In this document: in pieces, positions 7,170 through 16,446 of the stretch
Position numbering within the stretch: position 1 is the stretch's first letter
Layout: each line of letters opens with the position of its first letter
From: a bacterium
Lineage (GTDB): Bacteria > Patescibacteriota > Minisyncoccia > JAHIHE01 > JAGLIN01
Length of the DNA stretch: 59,830 bases
Assembly: GCA_030638825.1 (NCBI GenBank)
Contig: DAOWDU010000053.1
Location: 1-59,830 of the forward strand
Reading direction: 5' to 3'
The notes under the pieces: generated by a model
Database searches by the model: none
What the model saw: only the letters and a program-made list of their open reading frames with translations
What the model was told of the DNA's origin: nothing
Translations under genes and position numbers: made by a program

Positions 7170-7882
7170 AATTAGATAAAGACGAACACAGAAGAATAAT
7201 GCTAAAAATATTGGAGGAGATTTCAGCTAATGCTTTGTTGTCTAATAATCTTGGATTTAAGGGCGGTACAGCTTGCTATTTTTTACACGGGCTGGATAGA
7301 TTTTCAGTTGATTTGGATTTTGACTTGCTCAATGAAGAAAAAGATGAAATAGTAAAAAAACATTTATTAAAAGTTTTAAATAAATATGGCTCGGTAAAAA
7401 CCAAAACCAGCATCAAAGTTATTTATTCAGATAAATATCAAGCTTTAAAAATAGATCTTTCTAGTAGGCATAAAAATAATAAATTAAATACTTATAAAGT
7501 CCAGGATATAATTTCTGGGATATCTTTAAAAGTTTTACAAAAAGAAGATATTTTTGCTCATAAATTAGTGGCATTGATTGACAGAAGCGCCTCTAGTACA
7601 AGCGGGGATAAGTTTATGGCAAATAGGGACTTATATGACATCCACTTCTTTTTCAAAAATGACTGGAAATTTAATAAAAAAATTATTGAACAGCAAACAG
7701 GTGAGAGTGTTCAAGAATATTTACAGGAAGCTGTAAAATTTATAAAAAAATATTCTAATGAAACAAATATTTTAGCCAGACTCGGTGAATTGGTTGATGA
7801 CGAGAAAAGAGAGTGGGTTAAGAAAAATTTAAAAAATGAAGTACTAAAACAATTAGCTATAGAAATTAAAGTTTTAGAATAG
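7166..7882 (+). CDS. AbiEii/AbiGii-family nucleotidyltransferase toxin
   Basis: GFKGGTACYFLHGLDRFSVDLDFD motif typical of the family. Confidence 0.85.
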   Translation: MKLDKDEHRRIMLKILEEISANALLSNNLGFKGGTACYFLHGLDRFSVDLDFDLLNEEKDEIVKKHLLKVLNKYGSVKTKTSIKVIYSDKYQALKIDLSSRHKNNKLNTYKVQDIISGISLKVLQKEDIFAHKLVALIDRSASSTSGDKFMANRDLYDIHFFFKNDWKFNKKIIEQQTGESVQEYLQEAVKFIKKYSNETNILARLGELVDDEKREWVKKNLKNEVLKQLAIEIKVLE

Positions 7883-10346
7883 ATATCCTCATCAATCCCT
7901 CAAACCCCTCCAATGCAATTTTGATAATCTTAATAGAAACATCAATCACTCCTTTTTTATATTTCTTCTTACACGCCTCAGCGTTCCATTTAATTTCCGC
8001 CATTGATTGTTCAATCGCAGTAATCCTGAAAATTTCTTTAAATCTATTTTGATCTTCAATTGATAAGCTATTTAGAAATTCTTTCAATAATTTAGATCGC
8101 CACTCTGGATATCTCCAGGTCTGAACCCAAAGATGAGTAATGTCCGCTGCAAGATTGTCAATCCGAACTGAATCCCAGTCAGAAAGATAAATTTTATTAT
8201 TTTTACTTGAAACGATTTGATTGGCGAGAGTAAAATCGCCGTGCGTGAAAATCAAGTTATTATTTAATTCTTCTTTATTTTTCTCAAGCAATTTATACAC
8301 AGCATTAAAATCTATTTTATTATCTCCTGTTTTTTCTTTTTCGTAATATTTAATTGTCTTAAAATAATCGTCATAACCTCTTTTTTTAATATATTTTATC
8401 ACCCCGTTTTTTTCCGCTTCTCTAATAAACTCGTCAGATATGCTTTGCAAATTTCTTAAATTCTGAACAGAGTTTTTTACATAAATCTCTTCTTCATGTT
8501 TTTTCGGCATCTCATAAAAATCTCCCAAAATATCTCCTTCAATATAGTCATAAGCATACCACTCTGGAATGTCTTTTAAAGATCCTCCTTTAAATCCCGT
8601 AAAATTTACTTTGCTTGCTATTTTTTTATTTTCAGTCATTATTCTTGAAATTTCCATTCCTTTTTCAATCCCAAAAATATAATCTTTATTAGCCGTAATT
8701 CTCGCTTTTAAAAATATTTTATTATTATTATTTAAAACGCTATGCGCGTAATAATTTTTTTGTTTTTTAGCAAAATAGCTCACTGGTTTTGTAATTTGAA
8801 AACCTTCTTTTTTTGCCAGCTCTTTAATTTTTTTATTAATATCTTCAATTGTATTATACATAAATTTTTTCTCCCTTTTAGAATTTAACGCCTTTTTATA
8901 AAGTAAAACATATTTTTTAGCGGGAACTTCCCATGAAAATGATTCTTGCATTCCTTTTCTGGCAAGATTTCGCCAATCTTTTTTATATTTATAAGTTTCT
9001 AACGCTCTCGTAATCGCGACCAAAAGGTCTTTCGGATCATAAGTTTTGAAGACAAATCCGTTTCCTTTTTTTGTCTGCGGACTATAGTTTGTAATCGTAT
9101 CAGAAAGCCCTCCTGTTTCTCGAACAATCGGAACAGATCCATATCGCAGGCTTATCATCTGTCCGAGTCCGCACGGTTCAAACCGCGAGGGCATCAAAAA
9201 CATATCCGACCCCGCATAGACCATCGTTATTTTTTTAGTCTTGAATTTCAAATGAGCCGCGACTTTTCTGGGATTTTTCTTGCTTAATTTTTTAAATATC
9301 TTTTTGTAATATGGATCAGCGCTTCCAATTAAAATCAACTGCATCTCAAGCCTAATCAAAGCGTCTATAATTTCTAGGATTAAATCAAATCCTTTTTGTT
9401 CTGTAATTCTGGTGACCATCGCAATCACAGGAATGTCTTTATTAATTTCAAGTCCAAAATCTTCCTGCAGCTTCATTTTATTAACAGACTTTTTTTCAAG
9501 AGAATTATAATCATAATTTTTCCAAAGCCCAGGATCGGTTTGCGGATTATATTCTTTATAATCAATCCCATTTATAATTCCAAAAAACTTTTTCTCTTGA
9601 TGCTTTGTAAAAAGTATCTCACTTAAATCCTGACCGTATTTTTTCTGCATTACTTCTTCCGCATATTGCTCGCTGACGGTATTGATCATATCAGCGCTTA
9701 TAATTCCTCGTCTGGTAAAATTCACCCTATTAATTTTATACTTATCCTTAAAGTCAGGGAGCGCGCTTGTCCCATCATCTTGTTCTTTTTTGTTTACTGT
9801 CCACCAATCTTTGCCAAACTGAAAAGTAAGATTGTGAATTGTAAAAATTGTTCTTGTCTTTTTGAAAATTTCTTCTTTGCGAAATTTAGTTTTTAGTAAA
9901 TAAGGAATCAGTCCGTTGTGCCAGTCATTGCAATGGATGACATCAGGAACCCAGCCATCCATATTTCTGATCACTTCAAAAACCGCAAAATTAAAAAACA
10001 TAAACCGTTGGTTCTCGTCTTTATATCCATATATTTTATTTCTCCCGCCAAAATATTTAAATTTATCTATAAAATACACTGGCAAATTTTCAGTTAAATT
10101 TCTTTTTTTTATCCTGAAATTTATCTCTATGCTTTTTTGAATTTTAACTTTTAAATTATCTTTAATGATTTTTATACTATGTTTTTCTTCGTTTATAACT
10201 CCGTGCCGAGGCATCACAATTCTGACATCATGCCCTATTTTCAAAAGCGCTTTCGGCAATGATCTTGAAACATCGCCAAGCCCGCCCGCTTTTGAAAAAG
10301 GAGAGAGGTCAGTTGTCACAAATAGTATTTTTAGAGGTCTTGGCAT
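7866..10346 (-). CDS. glgA: Glycogen/starch synthase (GT5) fused to a C-terminal APH/choline-kinase-like phosphotransferase domain
   Basis: N-terminal half: KILFVTTDLSPFSKAGGLGDV, HCNDWHNGLIP, MPSRFEPCGLGQMISLRYGSVPIV. C-terminal ~320 aa: FTHGDFTLANQIV...YLSDWDSV (HGD..N / DWD kinase motifs). Confidence 0.9.
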   Translation of the reverse strand: MPRPLKILFVTTDLSPFSKAGGLGDVSRSLPKALLKIGHDVRIVMPRHGVINEEKHSIKIIKDNLKVKIQKSIEINFRIKKRNLTENLPVYFIDKFKYFGGRNKIYGYKDENQRFMFFNFAVFEVIRNMDGWVPDVIHCNDWHNGLIPYLLKTKFRKEEIFKKTRTIFTIHNLTFQFGKDWWTVNKKEQDDGTSALPDFKDKYKINRVNFTRRGIISADMINTVSEQYAEEVMQKKYGQDLSEILFTKHQEKKFFGIINGIDYKEYNPQTDPGLWKNYDYNSLEKKSVNKMKLQEDFGLEINKDIPVIAMVTRITEQKGFDLILEIIDALIRLEMQLILIGSADPYYKKIFKKLSKKNPRKVAAHLKFKTKKITMVYAGSDMFLMPSRFEPCGLGQMISLRYGSVPIVRETGGLSDTITNYSPQTKKGNGFVFKTYDPKDLLVAITRALETYKYKKDWRNLARKGMQESFSWEVPAKKYVLLYKKALNSKREKKFMYNTIEDINKKIKELAKKEGFQITKPVSYFAKKQKNYYAHSVLNNNNKIFLKARITANKDYIFGIEKGMEISRIMTENKKIASKVNFTGFKGGSLKDIPEWYAYDYIEGDILGDFYEMPKKHEEEIYVKNSVQNLRNLQSISDEFIREAEKNGVIKYIKKRGYDDYFKTIKYYEKEKTGDNKIDFNAVYKLLEKNKEELNNNLIFTHGDFTLANQIVSSKNNKIYLSDWDSVRIDNLAADITHLWVQTWRYPEWRSKLLKEFLNSLSIEDQNRFKEIFRITAIEQSMAEIKWNAEACKKKYKKGVIDVSIKIIKIALEGFEGLMRISILKL

Positions 10347-10412
10347 AAATGATGATCTTGTTTCTTATTCCTATATTATACCCTAAATTCAGTAATTTTA
10401 AAAACAACAAAG

Positions 10413-10444
10413 AAAAAAGTGAGGATTAAATCCTCACTTTTTTA
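10413..10444 (-). terminator. Bidirectional intrinsic terminator after hsdS
   Basis: AAAAAAGTGAGGA-TTAAA-TCCTCACTTTTTT. Confidence 0.7.
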
Positions 10445-10486
10445 CCTCGTTGCTATTTCTTCAAAATTATTTCACTTATAAGGTCG

Positions 10487-11905
10487 TTATTTCAAAATCA
10501 TCTTCTCAACTTTTTCCTTCGCATTTTCCAAAACTTCTTTCGCTTCTTTTTGGAGAGTTTTTGATTGAGAATAATAAAGTTCTATTTTCTCTGATATTTT
10601 TTTCTGGATATTTAAAGGTAGGATTGGAATTTGGAGATTTTTAACGGATTCTCTTGTTAAACCAGTTACTGTTGCTCCTGTGATTTCTCGTTTAATTTGT
10701 GATTGTCCTAAACCAGAATTTAAAAATGCGAAAATGTATTTAGGAATTATTTTTTTATCTTTAATTCTAATCGCAAAAACATGTTCGTTAATATTACAAT
10801 CTTTATACGGATAATTTTTTGGAATTATGCCAACTTTGCCAGTCGTCGCTCCATCTTTTACTAAAAGAACATCGTTTATTTTTACCGCACTATCAAGATG
10901 ACTGCGATGAAAATCAACAGGAATAAATTTTAATTTTTCTGTTTTTATTTCTCCACTTGATAGAACATGCTCTCCTCCTAAACTTGGAATGCCTTCTAAA
11001 ATATTACCCACTCCGCCTTTAGGTCTCGCTCCACTAAAAATTTCAACCACTTCTCCTAATTTTATTGTTTCTGTTTTTAAGTTATCCAGCAAATTAATAG
11101 TATCCATAAAAATTGAACTATAAAAATACGGATCAATTCTGCCATTCTCCACCTCATCGCTCCAAACCTCAAACACCATCTCTTTTTCAATCTCCGGCAT
11201 TTTTATTCCCAATTCTTTCAAAACAAAATCATCAACAGAATTCAATATCTCCCCCGCCTTAATTTCTTTCCGCTTTTTCTCCTCATACGCTTTTGACATT
11301 ATAGAAACGATTTTGTTTTGGATTGGAAGAGAAGGGAGAGGGATTTTTATTGATTTTATTTGTTCAAAATTTATGTTTGGTTGAGCAACTGCTGTTAGCG
11401 CCATTTCAGCCTGCTTTTTGCATAAATCAGAATTCAACATAATTTTTATATATTTTTTGTTGATTTCACTTTTTAAAACTATTTTTGCGATTGCTTGGTT
11501 TATATTAGCTCTGCCAAAATTTTCTGGGAAAATTGTTGCGATTCCTATTGAGCCAGCCATCGTGTAAAGCAACTCACCGCCAAATAATTGGGATCGTTTC
11601 ATTCTTTTATCAACTTTTTCAGAAATATAAACTATCTTCCCCTTTATATTTTCAGGAGTAATATTTTGAACTTTTAGAAAAGGCACACCCTCATTTTGAT
11701 AATCATCGCCACGCCAAAGGGGAGTTTCACCTTTTGTAATTACTTCAATAATTTCACCTAACTTAACTGTTTTTGTTTTGCTTAATTTATTTCTGAAATC
11801 TTTAATTTCAGCGCTAAAAAAATACGGATCTATTCGTCCTTTAATTTCATCGCTCCAAATAGTGAAAATTTGGGGGTTAGATTGTTGGGTTTTGGTTTGA
11901 GTCAT
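10487..11905 (-). CDS. hsdS: Type I R-M specificity subunit (two target-recognition domains)
   Basis: Duplicated architecture (IDPYFFS... / IDPYFYS...) and conserved central and C-terminal helices (LPSLPIQNKIV, LPLNIQKKISEKIE). Confidence 0.9.
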   Translation of the reverse strand: MTQTKTQQSNPQIFTIWSDEIKGRIDPYFFSAEIKDFRNKLSKTKTVKLGEIIEVITKGETPLWRGDDYQNEGVPFLKVQNITPENIKGKIVYISEKVDKRMKRSQLFGGELLYTMAGSIGIATIFPENFGRANINQAIAKIVLKSEINKKYIKIMLNSDLCKKQAEMALTAVAQPNINFEQIKSIKIPLPSLPIQNKIVSIMSKAYEEKKRKEIKAGEILNSVDDFVLKELGIKMPEIEKEMVFEVWSDEVENGRIDPYFYSSIFMDTINLLDNLKTETIKLGEVVEIFSGARPKGGVGNILEGIPSLGGEHVLSSGEIKTEKLKFIPVDFHRSHLDSAVKINDVLLVKDGATTGKVGIIPKNYPYKDCNINEHVFAIRIKDKKIIPKYIFAFLNSGLGQSQIKREITGATVTGLTRESVKNLQIPILPLNIQKKISEKIELYYSQSKTLQKEAKEVLENAKEKVEKMILK

Positions 11906-11907
11906 AG

Positions 11908-12552
11908 TTATTTATCTATAATTCCTATAATACTTCTAAATCTTTTCTCAATTAATTGTTTAACAACAGGAACATCCTCGCTTATTTGTTTCCATGCCTT
12001 ATTCCATTCTTTTGCATCTCTTCCATTACCATCTTTTAAATCTTTTGAATAATTAAACTGATTCCATGATTCTCTAAATTTTCTTAATAATTTATCAATT
12101 TCCTTAGCAAGCTCTTCTTCAAAAAAAATACGATTCTCTTCATAATAATCTACAAGTTCATTTATTTCTTTTACGGCAAGCTTAATTTCTTCTTCTTCAG
12201 TAGGCTCACCTGCAAGTTGCAACGGACACATAAGAGAATGGAAGCTTTTATATGTTCCAATTATTTTTTTATAAACCTCTTTAATAATCTCAGCTCGTTC
12301 TGAATGTAATTTTTCGTATCTTATTTTAAACTGCATCGCTTCTTTTTGTAGACCAAACTTGAATTCTACCAAATCTTTAGCAAACAATTGTTCTGTGTAT
12401 TTTTGAAGAAACCAAACAAAAAAACCAGCAATTCCCAATACTTTACTCAGATCCTTATCTAAAAAATAAAAGACAAAAACAATAATCGCTAAAACGATAA
12501 GAAAAATATTAGAATTATTTTTTAGTAATTTTTCCAAATTCATAAATTTCAT
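11908..12552 (-). CDS. Hypothetical membrane-anchored coiled-coil protein embedded in the R-M operon
   Basis: Two N-terminal hydrophobic helices, then a charged helical region. Its stop lies 2 nt before the hsdS start. Confidence 0.6.
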   Translation of the reverse strand: MKFMNLEKLLKNNSNIFLIVLAIIVFVFYFLDKDLSKVLGIAGFFVWFLQKYTEQLFAKDLVEFKFGLQKEAMQFKIRYEKLHSERAEIIKEVYKKIIGTYKSFHSLMCPLQLAGEPTEEEEIKLAVKEINELVDYYEENRIFFEEELAKEIDKLLRKFRESWNQFNYSKDLKDGNGRDAKEWNKAWKQISEDVPVVKQLIEKRFRSIIGIIDK

Positions 12553-12596
12553 TTAAACCATTTAAAACTCCCAAAAATCTATCCCCACCCCCGCCA

Positions 12597-12624
12597 TTGA
12601 CAGCGAAATTAAACCTGCTATACT
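12597..12624 (+). promoter_or_regulatory. Candidate promoter TTGACA-N16-TGcTATACT
   Basis: TTGACA 12597-12602; TATACT 12619-12624, preceded by TG at 12616-12617. Confidence 0.4.
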
Positions 12625-12630
12625 TACAGT

Positions 12631-12697
12631 AGAAATAAATCCTCCCATGTTGGGATACCGTAAGGCGTCCCGTTAAAGTGGGAGGTTTTCTTTTTTT
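12631..12697 (+). ncRNA. Candidate small structured RNA (or simply the DUF3800-gene terminator)
   Basis: CCTCCCA...TGGGAGG outer stem (12641-12685) encloses the inner hairpin GGGATACC-GTAA-GGCGTCCC and is followed by TTTTCTTTTTTT. Confidence 0.35.
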
Positions 12698-13325
12698 ATG
12701 GAAAAAGCAAATTCTCCCCGATTATTTTATTTTTAATAACCTCGTAATATTCATAATCGCCCCGCTCGTATTTTCTAAATATCGCCCAAGAAATAAAATC
12801 AACCGCCTGTAAACATTTCTCCGTATGAGAAGGTTTTATTTTTATCGCGATTTTTCCATTGTCCCACTTTTTCAAATTGGACTTCAAATAATCTTCAAAA
12901 TTTTTCTTTAAAAATTTATTAGTTTCTCTTTGGTCAATATAAATTTTTACTTCGTCTTTTGGGTTTAATACTTTTTTATTATTCAACCGTTCAAGTAAAA
13001 TATTAGCTGTATAATTATAAAGATAACTTTTTTGGTTTTGCAAATCAATATAAACTTTTCTTTTATTGAGAATAATGCAAAGAATTTTTAAATCTTCTGT
13101 TTCGGAAAGCGACCGCAAAACCCGTTTTCTTGTAATTGCGTCAGCGTGATAAGCATGCAATTCTTTAACCGTTTTATATTTCTTTTTCAATCCTCTATGA
13201 ACTTTCTTAACGCTTTTTTCAACTTTGCGATGATTATTTGTTAAAAGAATAGTCAAAATAAACCACTTGCTTGATCGCTGGCTAAACCCCAAATCTCCGC
13301 TTTCGTCTAAAAATATATAAGCCAT
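12696..13325 (-). CDS. DUF3800 domain protein
   Basis: N-terminal YIFLDESGDLGF motif and the C-terminal LQAVDFISWAI pattern. Confidence 0.8.
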   Translation of the reverse strand: MAYIFLDESGDLGFSQRSSKWFILTILLTNNHRKVEKSVKKVHRGLKKKYKTVKELHAYHADAITRKRVLRSLSETEDLKILCIILNKRKVYIDLQNQKSYLYNYTANILLERLNNKKVLNPKDEVKIYIDQRETNKFLKKNFEDYLKSNLKKWDNGKIAIKIKPSHTEKCLQAVDFISWAIFRKYERGDYEYYEVIKNKIIGENLLFP

Positions 13326-13330
13326 TTTTT

Positions 13331-15151
13331 TTATTTTAATTTTCCAAACTTCTTAAACTCCTTATAAATCTCATCTAGATCATTTTTAGAATCTTTTCGC
13401 CCAGTAGCGTCATAACCAATATGTTCGGCAATCGCCATAAAAATTTTATAACGACCCAGCTTTTCATCCTCCGCTTTTTTGCGGACAAATACCAAAGACG
13501 ATTTCACGCCTGCGCCGAAATGGGTAAAAGCGAATTGCGGCAAACTGACTACTGCCAAAATCTGTGTTCCTTCCATTAAAAAATCACGGACATATTGCAA
13601 ACTGGAATTAGTTAAAATTCCATCAGGCAAAACAATCGCCATTTGTCCAGTTCCCGGTTTCAAAAAATCAATACATCTCTCAATAAATAAAATTTCTGTT
13701 TTCTGATTTTTCATATTTTTCTCTTTTCCATCTTTATTTTTCTTTCTGCCTAGTTCAAATTTTTCTAAATACGGATGTTCGCTCGCTTTTACGTTAGAAC
13801 CAAATGGCGGATTAGTTACAACAATATCAAATTTGTTTTCAGCAAAGCCATAATTTTTCCTATTCATTTTTTCAATATCTTCTAAAGCGTCAAATCCAAT
13901 AACATTTGTATGTCCATCGTCATGAATAATCATATTCATTTTAGCGACACGCGCGATTGAATCGTTAATTTCAATTCCAAATAAATTGTTAGCCGCAAAA
14001 TCGTGCCAGTAGCGAAATTCTCCCGCATCGTCATTCTTAAAATATTCTTTTGCGTCATTTCTGACTTTATCCAAACTATGAAGCAAAAATCCCCCGCTCC
14101 CACAGGCAGGATCTAAAACCAAATCATCGTTTTTTATATCCATTATTTTTATTGCGAAACTAACAATATTTCGCGGAGTAAAAAATGCTCCAAAATCACC
14201 TTTGAAAAATCCTTCCATAAATTGCTGAAATGCTTCGCCCTTAACATCTAAATCTGTTTTATTTAAAGAAATAGCCTGAAGATGTTCCACGACCGTGTAA
14301 AGTTCTTCTGGCTCTACTTTTAAATTTTCTTTAAATACTTCTGGGTCGTTTTCTTTTTCTTTTAAATAAAAGTCATTGATTCTGTTGAAAACATTTTTTG
14401 CTTTTTCATGAGTTTTTATTTGAAAATCATAAGGAAAACCATCTGGACGACCCCTCTTTTCATCTTTTATTTTTACAAAAATTATTTTAGCAAATTCATC
14501 AAAAGCCGTGGTTGCCGCCCTCTTTCCACCAGCCCATAATGTATCGTGGCATTTTTTAAATACTCTTCTTAATTCTTCTTGATCTAAAATTTTTAAATCC
14601 CAATTAAGATCTCCTTTTTTATACCTAAATTCTTCAATCTTGCCATAGGAGATTGGAATATCAGCAATCGTCGCTTTCTCTGGCGTTTTATCATTCCATT
14701 TTTCCGTTTCCATCGCTCGCCGCGTATTTCCCGCAACACAAATCGCAAACGGCGCTTTTAAAACGCGCGCATTAGCAATTGCCTGCTTAGTGGCTTGTTC
14801 AAATTCAGCGTCAGTAATACCGTCCTTTTTACACTCCACAACAATGTAAGGAATTTTTTTATCATCATCTTTATAGATTACAATATCAGCGTAATATTGA
14901 GGAGTTCTGCTCGGCATCTCAATTTCAAAATCAATTCTCTTAGCAGGATAATTATATTTTTCAACCAAGTCGTAGTAGTATTTAGAACGAACTTTTTCTT
15001 CTGGATTAGAAGCGTTATATTTTTTACCAGAAGCCAGATATTTAATTTTGCCTTTATCCAAAATAAAATATTTCTTTTTCTGTCCTGGCTTAAAATATTC
15101 CTCAGAATCACTAACAATTTTTTCTTCTAATTGTTGATAACCAATGCTCAT
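13331..15151 (-). CDS. hsdM: N6-adenine DNA methyltransferase (type I HsdM-like) with an N-terminal HsdR_N-type PD-(D/E)xK-like domain
   Basis: N-terminal YYADIVIYKDDDKKIPYIVVECKK. AdoMet motif VLDPACGSGGFL. Catalytic motif VVTNPPFG. Confidence 0.9.
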   Translation of the reverse strand: MSIGYQQLEEKIVSDSEEYFKPGQKKKYFILDKGKIKYLASGKKYNASNPEEKVRSKYYYDLVEKYNYPAKRIDFEIEMPSRTPQYYADIVIYKDDDKKIPYIVVECKKDGITDAEFEQATKQAIANARVLKAPFAICVAGNTRRAMETEKWNDKTPEKATIADIPISYGKIEEFRYKKGDLNWDLKILDQEELRRVFKKCHDTLWAGGKRAATTAFDEFAKIIFVKIKDEKRGRPDGFPYDFQIKTHEKAKNVFNRINDFYLKEKENDPEVFKENLKVEPEELYTVVEHLQAISLNKTDLDVKGEAFQQFMEGFFKGDFGAFFTPRNIVSFAIKIMDIKNDDLVLDPACGSGGFLLHSLDKVRNDAKEYFKNDDAGEFRYWHDFAANNLFGIEINDSIARVAKMNMIIHDDGHTNVIGFDALEDIEKMNRKNYGFAENKFDIVVTNPPFGSNVKASEHPYLEKFELGRKKNKDGKEKNMKNQKTEILFIERCIDFLKPGTGQMAIVLPDGILTNSSLQYVRDFLMEGTQILAVVSLPQFAFTHFGAGVKSSLVFVRKKAEDEKLGRYKIFMAIAEHIGYDATGRKDSKNDLDEIYKEFKKFGKLK

Positions 15152-15221
15152 ATTTTTGAATTAAATTGATAACTAAAATTATTTAATACTTCATTTTCCA
15201 TTCAAATAAAATGAACCTTCT

Positions 15222-16304
15222 TCAATTTCCAATCACTTTCTCGTAAACCCTCTCATACCCCTCCACCATTTTCTCAATCGTAAAATTCTCTTCAACATAT
15301 TTTCTGCATTCTAATCTGTTTATCTGATCTATATTTTTAATCGCTTCAATCATTTCCTCCTCATTCTCAACTACAAATCCCGTTTTATTATGTTTTACTA
15401 TTTCCGAAACAGAACCTTTATTAAAAGCAATAACCGGAGTGCCGCACGCCATTGCTTCAATCATTACCAAACCAAACGGCTCTTCCCATTTGATTGGAAA
15501 AAGTAGCGCTTTGGCGTTTCTTAATAAATCAGAGATATCTTTTTTATTCTCCAAAAAACCGCGATCTTCAATCACACCTTTTTTTAAATACGGTTTTATT
15601 TTTTCATCATAAAATCCGTTTCCCCAAATGGTTCCCGCCATTTTCAATTTTTCTTTTGATTTTATTGCGACAGAAACCGCGGCATCAGCTCCTTTTTCAG
15701 AAGAATATCTTCCTAAAAAAGCAAGATAGTCGCCTTGTTTTTTTTGGGATTTATTTTTAAATTTAAACTTTTCAATTTCAAGCCCGTTATGCACCGTTCC
15801 CGCGTAATTCAAATCTGGCATTCCTTTTCTTTGACTATCGCTGATAGAAACATAATGCGCTTTGTTTTTCCACGAGCAATATTCCACAGATTTATTCCAA
15901 CTCGCTGACATCGGATCGTGCAAAGTAAAAACCGTCGGCGTTTTTGTTAAATTAACAAATGGCAATATTTTCGGAATTAAATGAAAAGCGTGAATTATGT
16001 CGTATTTATTTTCCCGCGCGTCTTCATACATTTTAGAAGCCATCATCTGCTCATAAATTGCCAGCTGCAACTGATCATGAAATCCGCCCGACATCGCTTT
16101 GTTTGGCAAGCGATAATAAGAAACCATCCCGCAATCTACTTTTTTAATTTTAATTTCCGAATCAGTCGGTGTATAAAAAGTAACTTCATGTCCCCGTTTT
16201 TCCAAACCTTTTATAAGTTTCTCCGCCAACCCCATCGGCGCGTAAACAATTTCCTTTGGCAAAGGACAAGAAAATTCATTTGTGCAATAAAAAGCTATTT
16301 TCAT
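15222..16304 (-). CDS. GT4-family glycosyltransferase (paralog B)
   Basis: EPFGLVMIEAMACGTPVIAF...KTGFVV. By hand count, 68 of the last 84 aligned residues are identical to paralog A. Confidence 0.9.
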   Translation of the reverse strand: MKIAFYCTNEFSCPLPKEIVYAPMGLAEKLIKGLEKRGHEVTFYTPTDSEIKIKKVDCGMVSYYRLPNKAMSGGFHDQLQLAIYEQMMASKMYEDARENKYDIIHAFHLIPKILPFVNLTKTPTVFTLHDPMSASWNKSVEYCSWKNKAHYVSISDSQRKGMPDLNYAGTVHNGLEIEKFKFKNKSQKKQGDYLAFLGRYSSEKGADAAVSVAIKSKEKLKMAGTIWGNGFYDEKIKPYLKKGVIEDRGFLENKKDISDLLRNAKALLFPIKWEEPFGLVMIEAMACGTPVIAFNKGSVSEIVKHNKTGFVVENEEEMIEAIKNIDQINRLECRKYVEENFTIEKMVEGYERVYEKVIGN

Positions 16305-16328
16305 TTTTCTATTATTTAGTTATAAAGT

Positions 16329-16355
16329 GTCATTCCTGCGGAGGCAAGAATCCAG
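16329..16355. repeat. REP-like palindromic element (gtcattcctgcgRaggcaRgaatccag family)
   Basis: gtcattcctgcggaggcaagaatccag. A second copy is at 38636-38662. Confidence 0.7.
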
Positions 16356-16446
16356 TAAGTCTCAAGAAATAATATTCTTCACATAATTTTATAAACCGAG
16401 AAAATAAACTTACAACAACGATTTTTATTCCTTTTTCTTTTTCTTT

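Noticed and set aside
9396-10386. Plus-strand ORFs 9396-9626, 9666-9896, 9916-10140 and 10165-10386
   Set aside because: They are antisense shadows inside glgA and consist of AT-rich low-complexity peptides.
14795-15130. ORFs 14795-15130(+) and 14878-15117(-) inside hsdM
   Set aside because: Both are alternative frames or the opposite strand of a motif-supported gene.
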